Shown: positions 1-12,756, counted from the stretch's first letter. The stretch: DNA of 64,000 nucleotides from Fimicolochytrium jonesii (GCF_025526975.1 NW_026515690.1:310001-374000); one strand, 5' to 3'. Numbers and translations: made by a program. Notes: generated by a model from the sequence alone, not told the origin.

Positions 1-2925
1 GTCCGTCTAGGCGTCGTGGCCACTTTCCGGTTGACCCCGATCTCCGGCGTCTTTTCCCTCGACTTGGTGGCGGCGCTCGATCGCCGACGTGAAGGTGTGT
101 TGGCCGCCGAAGCGGTGTCCTCGTGTTCGGGATCTTTTCTGGAGGCTTGTCGTGCGCTGCGGCGTGTGGGGGTGTATGCGAGGTCGAGGTCGGGGGTTTT
201 GGGGCGGTTGGTGGTGGGGTGGTGGTTTGTTGTTGCGCGGGTGGTGCGTTTTGGTGGGGTTGTTTGCGGGTGTGGTTTGACGTTCTCAGGGGACGAGGAG
301 GAGGGGGAGGTGGGGGGTTCCAATTTGGTGCGCGGGGACGGGACGGTGTCCTGCGACGTGCCGACTAGTGGCCCGCTGGGCGAGGAGTGGAGGTCGGCGG
401 GCTTTCCGGCTGCGTTGTTTTCACGTTTCACAACTGTCTCTTCTTTCACTTCTGCCCTTTTCGCATCCTCGTCCCTCTTCACCTCCACTTTCACCTCCTC
501 CTCCTTCTCGTCCTTCACACTCCTAGTCCTCGGCCGCTTCTCACCCGCCATAACATCCTCCTCCTCCTTCACCGCCTTCCGCTTCCGATTCGGCGTGACG
601 ACCGTATCCCCGCGCCTAAAACTCGGTCTCGACACGGGAGACAACGGCGGCGCGTGGTTACGGATCCACGGGTGATCGAGGGCTTGGTGGACGGTGAGGC
701 GCTTGCTGGGGTCGACTGTTAGAAGGCCTTTTATAAGGTCGATTGCTGCGTGCGAGAATGGGGGTTACGTGAGAATGGAGTGTCATTCAGGTGTTTAAAA
801 ATGAAGAGGGACGTTACCATCACGGGAGATTTTATCCCACCACGGACTCCGGAACTCGTATTTGCCTTGTCGGATTTGATCGGCCATGGGAGGTGGGGCG
901 AGCTCTTCGCTGAACGGTGGGAATCCACACAAACTGCCAATAGAGAAGGAGGTGAGAACCCCGGACGCAATCGCAAACTCTTCCGGTGCCGCCCGCATAC
1001 CATATGTACAATACAACCCCACAACTCCACAAATCCACCGCCTTGGTGTACTTCCGCCCGTTCTTCCTCATATCCAGCACCTCGGGCGCCACGTAATTCG
1101 GGGTCCCGCACAGCGTGCCCATGAAGGAGGTCTCGCTGGCGAGTTTCGCGAGGCCGAAATCGGAGATTTTTATGGTAATGTGCTCGGTGGACTCGGTGAA
1201 GGGGTCCGCGAGGAGGATGTTTTCGGGCTTGAGGTCGCGGTGGGAGATGTCGCGCTCGTGGAGATACTGGGGATTGAAGTGATGGAGTTAGTGGTGATTG
1301 GCTGAGGGATGCTGTGCGTGTGGGTACAAACTTTTAGGGCTTCGAAAAGTTGTCGCATCATCTCCCTCGTCATGTCCTCGGAGAACTTTTGTCGTGCAAT
1401 GATGGCGTCGAAGAGTTCTCCTCCTCGTACGCTGCCGAAGGCCAAGTCTGTAGGTCAGCATATTGTATTCACTTCACAGCTGCACTTGAGTAAAGCCGGC
1501 ACTTTAAACTCACAGCTCGAGCACAATATAAACAAACTCCTCTTCCCAAAAGGCGCCCAGAATGGAGATGACATTCGGCTACAGCATCGAAGAAAAGAAC
1601 ATGTCAATAGGCGAACGTCAAGATTGCATCACCTTCAAGAGAACACGTAGCGTACATGATCAAGTCCCATCAGAATGGAAATCTCCTGTTTCAAGTTCTC
1701 GAGAAACTTTGGCTTGAACTGGATCAGGCTCTTTGCGATACATTTGATGGCGACCTTTTCGCCTGTCTCTCGGTCGGTGGCGAGCTTCACCGTGGCGAAG
1801 TTTCCGCTGAGAAGGGACGGCGTCAACGTGGCGTGACAAAACGATCGACGTCTAACTCTCGACACTTACGTTCCGAGCTCCTTCCCAAAATGGTATTTCT
1901 TATGGATCCCCTATGCGAGAGAAGCAGATATTATTAGACACTTTGGTCATTGGGTAGCCTCGTGCACGACAGGAACTTACCCCAGAGTTGGCGTTCGAAG
2001 GCTTTGGCAAGTGTAAACTGTAGACTGAAGGCAGAATCGGAGAGAATCAGCACACGGCCCAGATTGACAGTAAGCCGCGCAATGGTCGTATGCTCCCTTC
2101 GTCACCGCTTCACGTCTTTCCCAACACGATACTCACATTTTTCATGTGCAAACTGAATCTTGTCGCCAGTATGCAACCGATGTTGCCGACCCTTCTGCAA
2201 CTTTTTGTCATTGACCCACGTTCCGTTCGAGCTAAAAGTGATAGTGAGACATAGGTGTCAGCATACTTTTTGGCGGTTCTGGAAGCTTGTCTCACGTGAT
2301 CTGCTTGCCTGAGGTCTTCTATGAAGGTAACTTCCTCATTCCAGTTCTTGTCGTCATTCCATACGGTTTCCTATGTAAAAGGTCGCGGGATGTCCGTCAG
2401 AGCCCACACCCGAACGGCCATCTCATCCAAGAACAAACCCACTTGGAAAATGACGCAGTGACGATTGGACACGACCGGGTTCGCCACACGAACATCGCAC
2501 TCCCTATGCCTCCCGATCACATATCCCGTTGCCGCGTTGGCAGATCTACCGCCTTCCTGGCTCTTCGCGTCCGATGCAGACTTGCGACGCAGTTTGACGG
2601 TCGGGTGGTCATCCGGGTTCAATGTCTGCAAGACAGCCCAGACCCTATTATCCTCCTCCGTCTCGACGCTTTCCGGCTCGGCGCGCTGGGACATAGGTTG
2701 CGTCAAGCTCTGCTTCGTGTCGCCCGAGAGAGTGGACATTTGGGGCGTTAGAGGAGCTGGACTGGCGGGAAAAAAGCCGTTTACGTCTTGGCTTGTGCTG
2801 TCGCCCACTATGCTTCCGGATGTTGCTATTGAGGACATTCTATCGATAGCGTCCGTTGCCGCCGAACTCTGCCGAGACGGCGTCGCCGTCGGGTCCGTGA
2901 GGTCAGTCATCCCTTCTTTTACCAT
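1..2925 (-). CDS. CHK2: Chk2/Cds1/Dun1-family FHA-domain Ser/Thr checkpoint kinase, multi-exon, 3' end outside window
   Basis: Spliced translation gives N-terminal SQ/TQ sites, an FHA domain (IGRHRECDVRVANPVVSNRHC...EDLSSNGTWVN) and kinase motifs (ELGTGNFATVKLA, VAIK, HRDLKPEN, SDFGLAK, GTLCGTPNYVAPE, DLWSCGV, HPW). The last exon stays open to base 1. Confidence 0.9.
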
Positions 2926-3355
2926 GAGGTTCGCGGTACGGATTCACAGAGGCCTCGATGAACTGCAGATGCATTTGAAATTGAGACCTCTCCAAACCTC
3001 ACAACAGAAGTTGCGAAAGCCACAGTATTATGCACTTACACGAAATTCGCGCTGACTTCACACTTCGCCCCCACGATGACTGTGACGAAGATCAGGTGTG
3101 TCGCGGGCTGTGTCGACTAGAACACAGTTGGACGTGAAAGCAGGCCTTATGGGTTGAATGTCAGGGTGTCGCCCGTTGCCCTATCGCAGTAGCTTTTGCA
3201 GGGCCAGGTCCAAAGGCCAAGTGCAAATCCTGGACATGGACTGGACATGGACATGGAGGACCAGACGGAGAAGTAACGGCGCGTCAGGACTCAGTGCGGC
3301 GGCTTTTGGCCCATTCCCACGCATTCTTATACGCACTAGATAGATCACCTCAGCC

Positions 3356-4234
3356 ATGCCAGTCACATACCACCTGGACAAGATAGCATACCTCAAGCTG
3401 GTCTTGCACGCCACAAAGTACGCCGTCAGCGGCGTCACTGGCGTCTTGATAGGCACGAAGGCCGCCGACGACAACATTGAGGTCACCGACGCTATCCCGC
3501 TGTTCCATTCCCATCCACTCGCACCGACGCTGGAGGTTGCTTTGCAGCAGGTAGGGGGGATGGCAGAGCATACGGTAGCAAGGGTCGCAAGTCATATCTC
3601 ATACGCTTTTTTGTGGCAGATACAAATACATTGCAACCAACTGTCCTTAGCGGTCGTCGGGTTTTACTGTGCGAATCAACTCGAAAGCGATAAGGAGGTG
3701 TCGCCCGTAGTGGCCAAGATAGCAACGAAGATTGATGACAATCTGGGAGGAGGAGCGCTGTTGTTAGTGGTGTGTGCGGCCATTTGAGTTTCCGCATGCG
3801 TGAAACGGAAGGGCGGACTAACGCGAGGTGTTCGCCCGCGCACAGTGGGATTCTGCAAAGTTCAGGAGCGAGAAGTCTTTTGCCGTAACGGTAAGCAGAC
3901 TGTTTCCTCCTTCGGCGAGATTGGATACATGGACTGACAATACCTCTTCCACGCCGTACAGCCTCGCACACTGACCAGCGGAGGTTCATGGACACTACTG
4001 CAATCCAACTAGTAAGCCGCACATCTCCCGCATCTCACTCTCCATCTCACATATCTTATCAATCTTTCCACCCCTTCGAATCATAGCCTCCTACCCGCAA
4101 CACCATCGATCGACGTGTCCCCCTTTATCAAACAGCGGCTATACGAACACATCGCGGATTTCGACAACCATTTGGATGACACAAAGTTGGATTGGTTGAG
4201 GAACGAGAAGGTTGTTGAGATTGCTGGTCGGTAG
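3356..4234 (+). CDS. EMC8: ER membrane protein complex subunit 8/9 (UPF0172, MPN-like), multi-exon
   Basis: AYLKLVLHATKY...VTGVLIG...DAIPLFH...LEVAL; VGFYCAN; C-terminal IADFDNHLDDTKLDWLRN; GT-AG introns; stop TAG at 4232-4234. Confidence 0.88.
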
Positions 4235-4976
4235 AATGGATGTGTCTGGGTGTAAAAGGCGACTAGAACAGAGTTAGTGAAGTCATCATTGCGCGAGATC
4301 ATTCGATGTGTTGGAGTTGGGCGAGTGAGCCGACGCAGTCTGCATTACCTGCCGGGCCCGAGCGATCACTTCAGCTCCGTTGAGCACACGGGCGACCTTG
4401 TGAACGGAACCTTACGCACCTTCATTCCGCAATGTAGACCGAACCCCTCCATACTCCTTTCCACTCTCGCGCTGGTCAGAACGGGGAGAAACAGGACTAA
4501 AGAAGTGATAAGGTAGAACTCGGAAAACCCCTGTCCTCGGACTGAATCGGGGAACCAGGTGTCTTTCATCCAGGCGAATTGGGCCAATGATATATTTCAC
4601 AGGACATTGCCAGATCCTCCCAAATCCTCCAGATCTGCAGCTGGATGCGGCTAAGGCTCCGAAGTGTTAAGCCCCGAAAGAAGAGAAAGAAGAGACATTG
4701 AACGCGAGGTTTTTCAGAAAACGAAACTGGTATTGTATTACTGGGTATCGCTCGACCGCAGCCGAGCTACAATGGTTTATAGTGTACATTTGAAGCACCC
4801 TTTGTGACTCCTCACATTCCCCGAGACTCTCTAATCCCTTCCCTTCCTCATTTGTTCAATGAGCGTCTGATGTGATTTTCGCTGTGCGTATTTTTTTTCG
4901 GTTTTCGTTGGTTTTGAAATGTTTTTGGTGTTTTTCGGTGCTTTTTGGGGGGTGCCCGTGTGTTCATGGCTGGCTG

Positions 4977-5275
4977 GGCGTCTATGGCGGTGGGTGTATT
5001 GGCTTGATGGGCCGTCTATGGCGGTGGGTATCTGTCAGGCCCGTCCTTGTGTCGCTGTCCCTAGGTAAGGGCTGGCTGGCCGTCTCTGGCGGTGGGTATG
5101 AGTGGGTATATTTTCTTGCGGGCCGTCTAGATTGGTAGGTACGTCGTTTGCCGGACCTCTATGGCGTAGATACATGGCTTGCCGGACCGTCTATGGGGTA
5201 GGTACATGGCTAAGTGATGTCGCGAAGCCGTCTATGGCGGTAGGTACATGGTTTCCCGGATCGTCTTTGGCGTGC
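4977..5275. repeat. Degenerate array of ~8 copies of GCCGTCTATGGCGGTRGGTA downstream of the GATA gene stop
   Basis: Copies near 4977, 5011, 5079, 5122, 5153, 5184, 5227 and 5258, with variable spacers. Confidence 0.8.
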
Positions 5276-5359
5276 ATTAGTTGTTTTGAGAACTCATATT
5301 CCTCTTCTTTAGGTACAAGGCTTACCGTCTTGTGTTGATATATACATTGCCGAGGCCGT

Positions 5360-7159
5360 CTACTCTTCGGCCTGGGTGTCCTGCAGGATAGCCTTCCTGA
5401 GGTACTTCACTCCGCACTGGTGGAGATGCAAGGAAGGGAGGAAAGGAAGTGATTAGTAGACTGCCAACGACGATGTTTGGACGAACGACATACGAAGGGA
5501 TGAGCGACTTACCTTGTTGCACAGATCTTTGTGCGATGCCGGGCCGTGTCTCCACATCGGGGTGGAATCGGCCCCGCAGTAGTGGCACACCCTGGGGTCA
5601 TCAGAGGCCGTCCTCGATGCCCCACCAGCCGCCGCACCCCGACCTCTTCCACCAGAGCGCGGCGGGGTCGCGGGCGCAGCCGGTGCTGTGGGTGGCGTTG
5701 ACGGCATTGGTGCTCTCTTGGTGCGAGCTCTCTTTGTGGGTCTGGGCGTCCCCGACCCGGCCGCAGGCGATGACGGGCCGGCAGCTGGTGGCGGGGACTC
5801 TTCAGTGCTTGTTGGCGCGGCACGCTTGCGCTTGTTGGGTGTGATGGCGGGTGTTTGCGGCGACTGGGGACTCGTCGCTGCTTTCGATGGTCGAGTCGAC
5901 GGTCCCGCCGGCGCCGCCTTCTTTGGTGTGGAGGCTTTCGTAGAGGAGCGGGTGGTCGGCTTGCGGGCGGGGGCGCGGGCCCTTGGAGATGGAGCCTTCG
6001 GGTTGCATTTCTGTCGCTTACGCTCTTGTTCCTCTTTGGCTTTATCAGTGGGCTTGCGGGAACGATGCGACTTCCGTTTAAGGTTCACCACGAGCGGCTC
6101 GCGGCTGTGGTGAAACTCCTTAGAGGCCAGGTAGTCACCGAGGTCCGTCCAGCCCGGCGGCAGAATGACTTCGTCTTCGCTGCTGTCTGATTCGTCGCCG
6201 CTGGATCTGCGTCGCTTGTAACTACCGCGTGGTTGAATCGGATGTTCTCGTTTGTGTTCGTAGGGGTTCCAGCTGCGTGCCGACCTGGGACGCTGGGCGT
6301 TTTCAATGAAGCTACGTTCCAGCACATCGTTTTCCGAGTCAGTGGTTCCCCCGCTTGCGTCGGAGTCAACGGCTTCGTCACTGCTGCTGCTCACGACGTC
6401 GACGGTCTTGCTATCTTCGGTGGTGCATTCGGTTTCGTGTTCATTATAGCGTTGGTGTTCATCTTCATCATCGGAACTCTCTTCATCGGATTGACCTTGG
6501 AAGTCCTCAGCAGAGGCAGCGACATGAGAGCCAGTGTTTTTTACGACGACGCCCGTCGAATGGTCATAACTGGCAATACGTGCACCGCCGCTGAAGATCT
6601 TGTTGCCGATGCGAGGGTTTTTGATGTTCAAGAGTAGTTCGGCAGCCATAAGCTGTTCGGGATCAATGCCCTGCAAAGCACTGTGATCGTTGCGAAGCGC
6701 GATAGCGTGCTCCGGAACATCATCAACGATGATGATCTCGTCGCTATCGACCGGGATAGGCTGGTCAATCAGGACCGGGACCGGGAGGTCCATCAGTCCC
6801 ACGGAGGCCGGAGACTGGGTCCTGGGCGAACGAATTTCGAACATGGGCAAAGCGAATTCCGGCAACAAAAGAATGAGGGAGTCGTCGGAACTAGAGGTAG
6901 GCGACAGAGACTCAAGCCTTGGCTGGGGCTGGCCGTGAAGCTCTAACAGAGCGCTGGCGCTTTCAAGAGTGGTAGATGCCGAGACAGCACCATCGTCGAT
7001 GAGGTGATGGTACACACGAAGAAGCTCGTCGATATCAAGGTGGTAGCTGGCCGGGTTAGTGGTTTCGGCGGAGGTGGGCTCGGAGGAGCTGGAGGAGATC
7101 AGAGTCTCCGAGGAGAAAAGAGTAGGCTCAAGGCCAATTGTGCGGATAATTGCCGACAT
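5360..7159 (-). CDS. GATA zinc-finger transcription factor (C-x2-C-x18-C-x2-C) with long disordered N-terminus; exons 7159-5513 and 5416-5360
   Basis: CHYC-GADSTPMWRHGPASHKDL-CNK|C. A GTAAGT...CAG intron (5417-5512) splits the finger; exon 2 reads CGVKYLRKAILQDTQAEE*. Confidence 0.88.
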
Positions 7160-7517
7160 CTTGTATGTTTCAATGAAATGAAAGATGTGTGAATGCTGAT
7201 TACGGGGTCGAGTCCGAAATCAGTCTGAGTAACGAGAAATTTGATGATATCGGGGTTGACTCGGATTTCCGTTCTGAAGTACGAGGATCGTAAAAAGACA
7301 GAGGGTTCCAATTGAGCAGAAGCTGACAGCGTATGGTACCGAAGTATGCGGCGTATCGAGCTGAACGTGCAGAGAGGAAGCGAAGTTGGATGTGTGCGAG
7401 TACGGTTGTGAATGTAAGCGAAGCTTGATCGAGGCAAGTAGAACGTGCGAAGAATAAGCTGCCGAGAAACTGTTCTGAGATGAGTGGAAAGGAAGAGTGG
7501 GGACGGGCTCTGCTGCT

Positions 7518-7525
7518 CTTTTATA
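7518..7525 (-). promoter_or_regulatory. Putative TATA box of the GATA gene
   Basis: TATAAAAG on the minus strand ~360 nt upstream of the ATG at 7159. Confidence 0.4.
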
Positions 7526-10500
7526 TTCCGTCCAGTGTGCATGCGCCCCAAACAGATTCCAGCTTAGAAGAAATGATCTGAGCTTATCTCAGTGCCATGC
7601 ATCTGTGGCTATCCCATAGTGAATGCCAGGAGCGGAGTTGCTGACGACATCCGTCAAATGCGTGAAGGCTCGAGGTATAATCCCATGACCGTCCCTATTT
7701 CTATTCCCGCAGTTCAGGATTCCGCGAAGCTTAACCATTTTCTGAGTTAGAAGCATCGAGCGTACAATGCCTTGAATCGTGCTGAGGATCCCGCGCCTCG
7801 CAATTCGCAATCACGCCATTCACCTGTCATTTGGTCGCATTCTAGAAATTGTTCGGAAGGGCATTCTCCATTGGCCCGCCGGCAGCCAAGGCTGTGGAAC
7901 GACCATGGATTCCCAGGGCAGATTTCAATCAAAGTCATTTTAGGATTCATAGCAAGACCCAAGGGTTCGCGAATTACAAATGCGGACCCACGGAGTGGAG
8001 ATGCAACCTGTAAAGAGAAGCCCCATTGCATCTCGGCCACGGCAAAACGTTGATACGAAAGCCTTCTTAACACTTAAAGCATATCAAAAGTATTTTCCTT
8101 CGTGAAGTAGGCCCGACCAAACCTCCTCGCAGAGTGTCTCTTTGATCCAACTCAGTGGTCTCGCATTTGGGGCTCGACTCAGCCATTCCCCTTTGCTCGA
8201 AATTGAGCGGAGATTTCGATTACATGAAGCGTGAAAGTGTCGAAATTACCCGTCAAAAAGGGTACTGTCAGAAATATCGACAGTTCTTAACCGTGGGTAT
8301 GATGAGGACTCAGAGATGGAAGGACCTGTGATAATTGAAAATCAATAGATGGTGCTGTGCACGGGTTGGACGTAGGTCGTCACGAGCGCCTTTTTTAGAT
8401 GAAATGATATAGCGTACAGTCATTCTTATGGATCTCATGAATGGGCTGGAGTCAAGAAAGTTGAGCGAATACCTCTATAAAGCACGCGGTCGTGTAGCCT
8501 GGCCCGTTTCCGTTCCGCTCCATCTTGCGCGAAAGGGCTTGACTGGGCAGTGTTTTTCCACGTGCAGTCCAAGATCGGCATTCTCGCCGCGCCGGTAGCT
8601 GTCCTTGTTCGTGGGCGGTAATGGCGGCATCCGCTCTCTCTCCGCTTTCCATGCGATAAAGAGGTTTTGGCCCCGTGGGTTTGGAAGAAGGGCATGCTTG
8701 CGACTGGAAGGATTACCGCAAGATCGCCCCCCGTTCCCTTTTGCCCCCCTCCCTTCTTAGTATGGTGCATGGACCCGTTCTTTGTGTGGGCCATGGACGC
8801 TCGAGGCAAAAAAGCTCGCCGGGTCTGGTGGACAAGCAAAGCATCCATTCTGTTGTGTCACTACAGAAGTTCCCACCATGATTCAACAATGACATTCAAA
8901 AATCTGGTTCTTCCCCGAAAGGGCTGCCCCTTTGTTGGGGGGGTCCAGCTCTTTGGGACCGAATCTAGACGAGTCGGAGTTGCGGTCCGAGCCCGTTTTT
9001 CGGACCCCTGGTGGCCATGTGCGAACAAGCATGTGCACATCTCCGTTGAATGTGCCCACATCCAATCAAGTGTCGGCATGGAGGACGAGACGATGAAACA
9101 TTCCCATATTTCACCCCGCATGTGCATATTCTCTTCGCCGAACAGAATGTCAGTAAGATCTTCCCCCATTTCTCAGAACGGTTGGACCTTCGCCTTGCCG
9201 CGTCCCCTAGGCGCAAGATGTGAGATGGATTGTTCTGCGGCTCTTGGGATGCACCGCTCTACGCTCGACATTCCATCCGCCGTTTCACAGGATCGATGTG
9301 AAACCGCCCGTCATGACTTGTGCGTAAATCAGATGCAGCAAGCGAGGGAGGCTGTCGCGGATCTACTGTTTGGATGCGCTGACGTAGCAAGAGAGTCCTC
9401 GAGTACCTGCTTCATCCCCATCGGCGGACTCTGTATCGCCCCCGAACAATATCATGCACGGGGATCGGATACAGCTCCTACGGAAAAACGTGCGCATAGC
9501 ATGGGTTTCCCAAAACGTGGGCAGCTCTGCGCCGGCCACTATACCATCGAGGGGTTCCAGACCACATATCTCATCCCATCCCACGCGCGCGGGTGGGGTG
9601 AGGCCTTCCGTCGACGTCGCCAAGAATGCTGACCAGCAACTTGTCCGATTTCCAGTTTGGGGAACCGGGAAATGTGTGGGAGTATAGATAGATCCCAGCC
9701 TCTTCCATGACGCCGAAGTGACTCTTGATGTCCGTGACGGTGAGTTGCTTCCCGCCCTTCGAATGGAGGATTTGTCCGGCCGGCTCTTTGGTCCTGTGAG
9801 TCTTCTTCGTCGGGAAAGCATTTATCACCTTGATGGTTTCAGCTACTGCCAAGTCGCGCCTTCAAATAAACAAGGCCGCAGAATCTCCCGGCTGCCAGTA
9901 CCTCGTCAACGACATGCAGTAAAGCCGGGCTCCCTGACTGCGTATATATAATGTCCCTGCCGTCCCATGATCTTGTTTGGGGAAGGCCATATGATTGTGG
10001 AGCCTAGTGTATCGGGTCCGGCCGCTCAGGACTTGAATAGGCCGAATCGGAACCGGTATGCCCGACGACATGCAGTAGAACGTTGTCCGGCTTGACGCTT
10101 CTGTGTTTGATAGGCGGGTCGTCCGGTTCCATGGCAGCCGATGCCTAAGAGTTTGCACGGTCGCCCCTTCCGACCGCCAAACCATGTCGCTGTTTGGCTT
10201 TGCTAAAGCGTCACAGCGGTCTCGTCCGCACTCTCTCCGATGTCGGTATGTTGTTCCACCGTGAACAAGGGTGGATAATGTGCAATTCCTCCGAGCCGAC
10301 CGTAGCGTGCTGAGTTGAAGAAATCCGTGATGCTCTCCTGACCCGTGCAAACCCATCCGCGAGGCGCTCTGTCTCGTCGCGACAACTCCGAAGATCGCAG
10401 CTGAAGGCTCAGGCAGTTCAGCGCACTCGACGAGGGCCATGTAGCGTTGAAAGCGTCGAATGCGTTGGACTGCCAATCACTCCTCTTAAAGCGTGCTCCA

Positions 10501-11023
10501 TCTTGAAGTAGAACGAGAGGACTGTCCCACCTGCCGCTCCATGTTCGTCTGTTCGTTGCCGAGTTTGACGTTCTGCTGGCTTGTCAGATCGGTTTTCACG
10601 AGCAGCCGTGCCGTCGCCGTGCGCGTTTGGGATCCTTCCCGGTCCATCAACGCTCCTAGCCATGCCCCTCGCCTCACCTCCACGTTGGAGAAGTTGGTGC
10701 GGCTGGCATGGGGCTCCCCGTTCCTCCCCACTCGCCCTGTGGGTCTTCCTCTTCGTCCCGGTTCGTCGCCAAGAAAGCCAGGCCCTCTTTGACGCTTTCG
10801 ACGCGTCTCCTTTGTCTTCCGGTGTCGGGCAAAACAAGCTCCGCAATCGTGCCAGGGGCATATGTATGTACAGTACATACTGTACGGAGCGTGACGACAT
10901 CACCGCCACCCAAGACAAATACCTCGCCCAGCTGCCTTGAGCGTATTCCACGATTGCAGCGGTTAGCCGAAAAAGTCTTTCCGCGAAACTTCTTCGCGTG
11001 CGAGACGAAACCTACCTTCAAAG

Positions 11024-11938
11024 ATGGCCGATTTCAACAACCATCCGACTGCAGGGCCGGGGCTACCGACTCCTGCGACGAGTGGGGTGACGCATGGTGG
11101 TGGATATTCGTAAGTTCTGGGTGTGTGTGTGTGGATGGCCTTTTCGGGTGGATTTGGTGGTCGACTTGAAATGGCTGGGGAAAAAGGATGAAGTGCAAGG
11201 GTTTGGGTTGTTGTGGTGGTGGTGTGGCCAACGAAGAGCATACTTTAAATGTACTCCATCCCCACCTCAACTCTCTCGCATCCCCAGCTCCGAGCCCGCC
11301 TCACTCCTCACCAGCCTCCGCACCCCTTCCACCCTCCTCCGGATCCTCGAATGGTTCCTCTCCCTAATCGCCTTCAGCACGGCCGCCTCCTACGGCGACA
11401 TCACCTCCGCCTCGCGTTTCATCATCTTCACCGGCGTTCTCGCCTGGCTTCTCTCCTCGCTGTTCCTTTACGCTGCGATATTGCGACCCGCGAGACTTGT
11501 AGGCACGAGGGCGTATCATTATGGGGAGTGCGCTGTTAGCGGGATTTGGACGTTGTTTTGGTTTTGTGGGAGTGTGGCGTTTGCGGCGGAGGGGTGTGCT
11601 GTTGGGGGGCAGTGTGGGGAGAGGGGCGCTTCAATTGCTTTTGGGTAGGTTGACCAGCGGAGGGAGCGTTGCGAGCGCAAGGGAGCTTTGGGGGGATTGT
11701 GCGATCCCAATGGAGCTGCGAACGAGCGAGCGAGCGATCTGCTGCTCCTTAGCAGGGCCTCGCTGCGTACTTTTGCGCGATGTTTCCGTCGCTTCGCTCG
11801 CTCGCCGCAGCATCCCTTTTCATATGTCGTCTCACATCTCATTTTGGCTGCTCCCTCCCCTTCTTGAACAGATTCTTCAGCCTCTTCTCATGGGCCGCGA
11901 GCACATGGTTCGCCTATCACGAGCTGCGGCAGTCATAG
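11024..11938 (+). CDS. MARVEL-domain four-TM membrane protein; exons 11024-11109, 11288-11644, 11872-11938
   Basis: Phase-compatible GT-AG introns; LLRILEWFLSLIAFS, FIIFTGVLAWLLS, E..VSGIWTLFWFCGSVAFA, ASIAFG|FFSLFSWAASTWFAYHE* match the MARVEL helix pattern. Confidence 0.82.
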
Positions 11939-12756
11939 TTCCCCTCCAACCGAGGCGGAAAGTCATCGAGATGCTATCCTCCTCTGACTAGATTAGTCTT
12001 GCAATAGCCGACCGGACTGGCTGCATGTACTGTAGTTTGCGGCCACCTCCTCTCGTTACATTCTCAAGAGTATGGACCCTTGGGCGATTTTCAGAGAGTA
12101 TTATACTGTACTGTATGTACGTAGCTATCCTCGCTGCGGACCCATGAAGACATGAAGGACACCCTTTATTACAGTACGTAGTACAGTATGTACTGTAGGG
12201 TTAATGTGCGAAGAAGGATAGGCCGGGCTCTGTCCCGTTTCCATGGCCCATGGAATGCGCGCGTGGTTGGCACACGGTACTAGCGAGCAAGCCACATGGC
12301 TCCACATAGTGGATCGTAGGGATCTGCGTGCGAGTTGGGGAAGCTGAGCGAGAGGATCGGCGGCAAATTGGGGCCAAATGGGTCTCGAAGAGTCGACATG
12401 CGCATGATGTCAGCTCGCAGCAACTGCACTATCATTGAGAGGAGAGGCGAACGACAAAGAGGGGTGGGTCCGCAGCGACAGTTGACCTGCACATGGCCAC
12501 TCGACCAAGTATCAAACCCGTATCGTGGGTTCCGACGTACTGTATCTCGAGGACCAAAACGGTGTGCCTGCCGTCGGCAGTCAACACTTCTCTTCGCATC
12601 CCGGTCGACCGCCAGCCAAGCTCACCGTAGACCATACAATTGGGACCCACGCAGCACAACTTATTCACAAAAGGGGTCTACAACAACCAAGGGACTGGGC
12701 TTTCCCACCCCACCCAGCCAACGCTCCCCACTTAGCGGTCCCCACATTCCTTCGCC

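Noticed and set aside
3042..3052. E2F/MCB-like cell-cycle element upstream of CHK2
   Set aside because: Single imperfect CGCG-containing match in GC-rich DNA; not distinguishable from chance.
4977..5275. CRISPR array
   Set aside because: Repeats are too degenerate, spacers are short and partly similar to each other, there are no cas genes, and the context is eukaryotic.
7160..11000. ORFs in the long intergenic region (e.g. 8667-9632, 9862-10476)
   Set aside because: Mostly non-ATG starts, no recognisable motifs, no codon bias or coherent exon structure.
11094..11648. ORF-track start and end for the MARVEL gene
   Set aside because: This ORF reads through intron 1; splice phase fits only the upstream ATG at 11024, and a third exon completes the domain.
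10869..12197. Intact DNA transposon bounded by the 17-bp inverted pair
   Set aside because: No transposase, no extended terminal repeats, and the enclosed gene is an ordinary spliced MARVEL gene; kept only as a motif finding.
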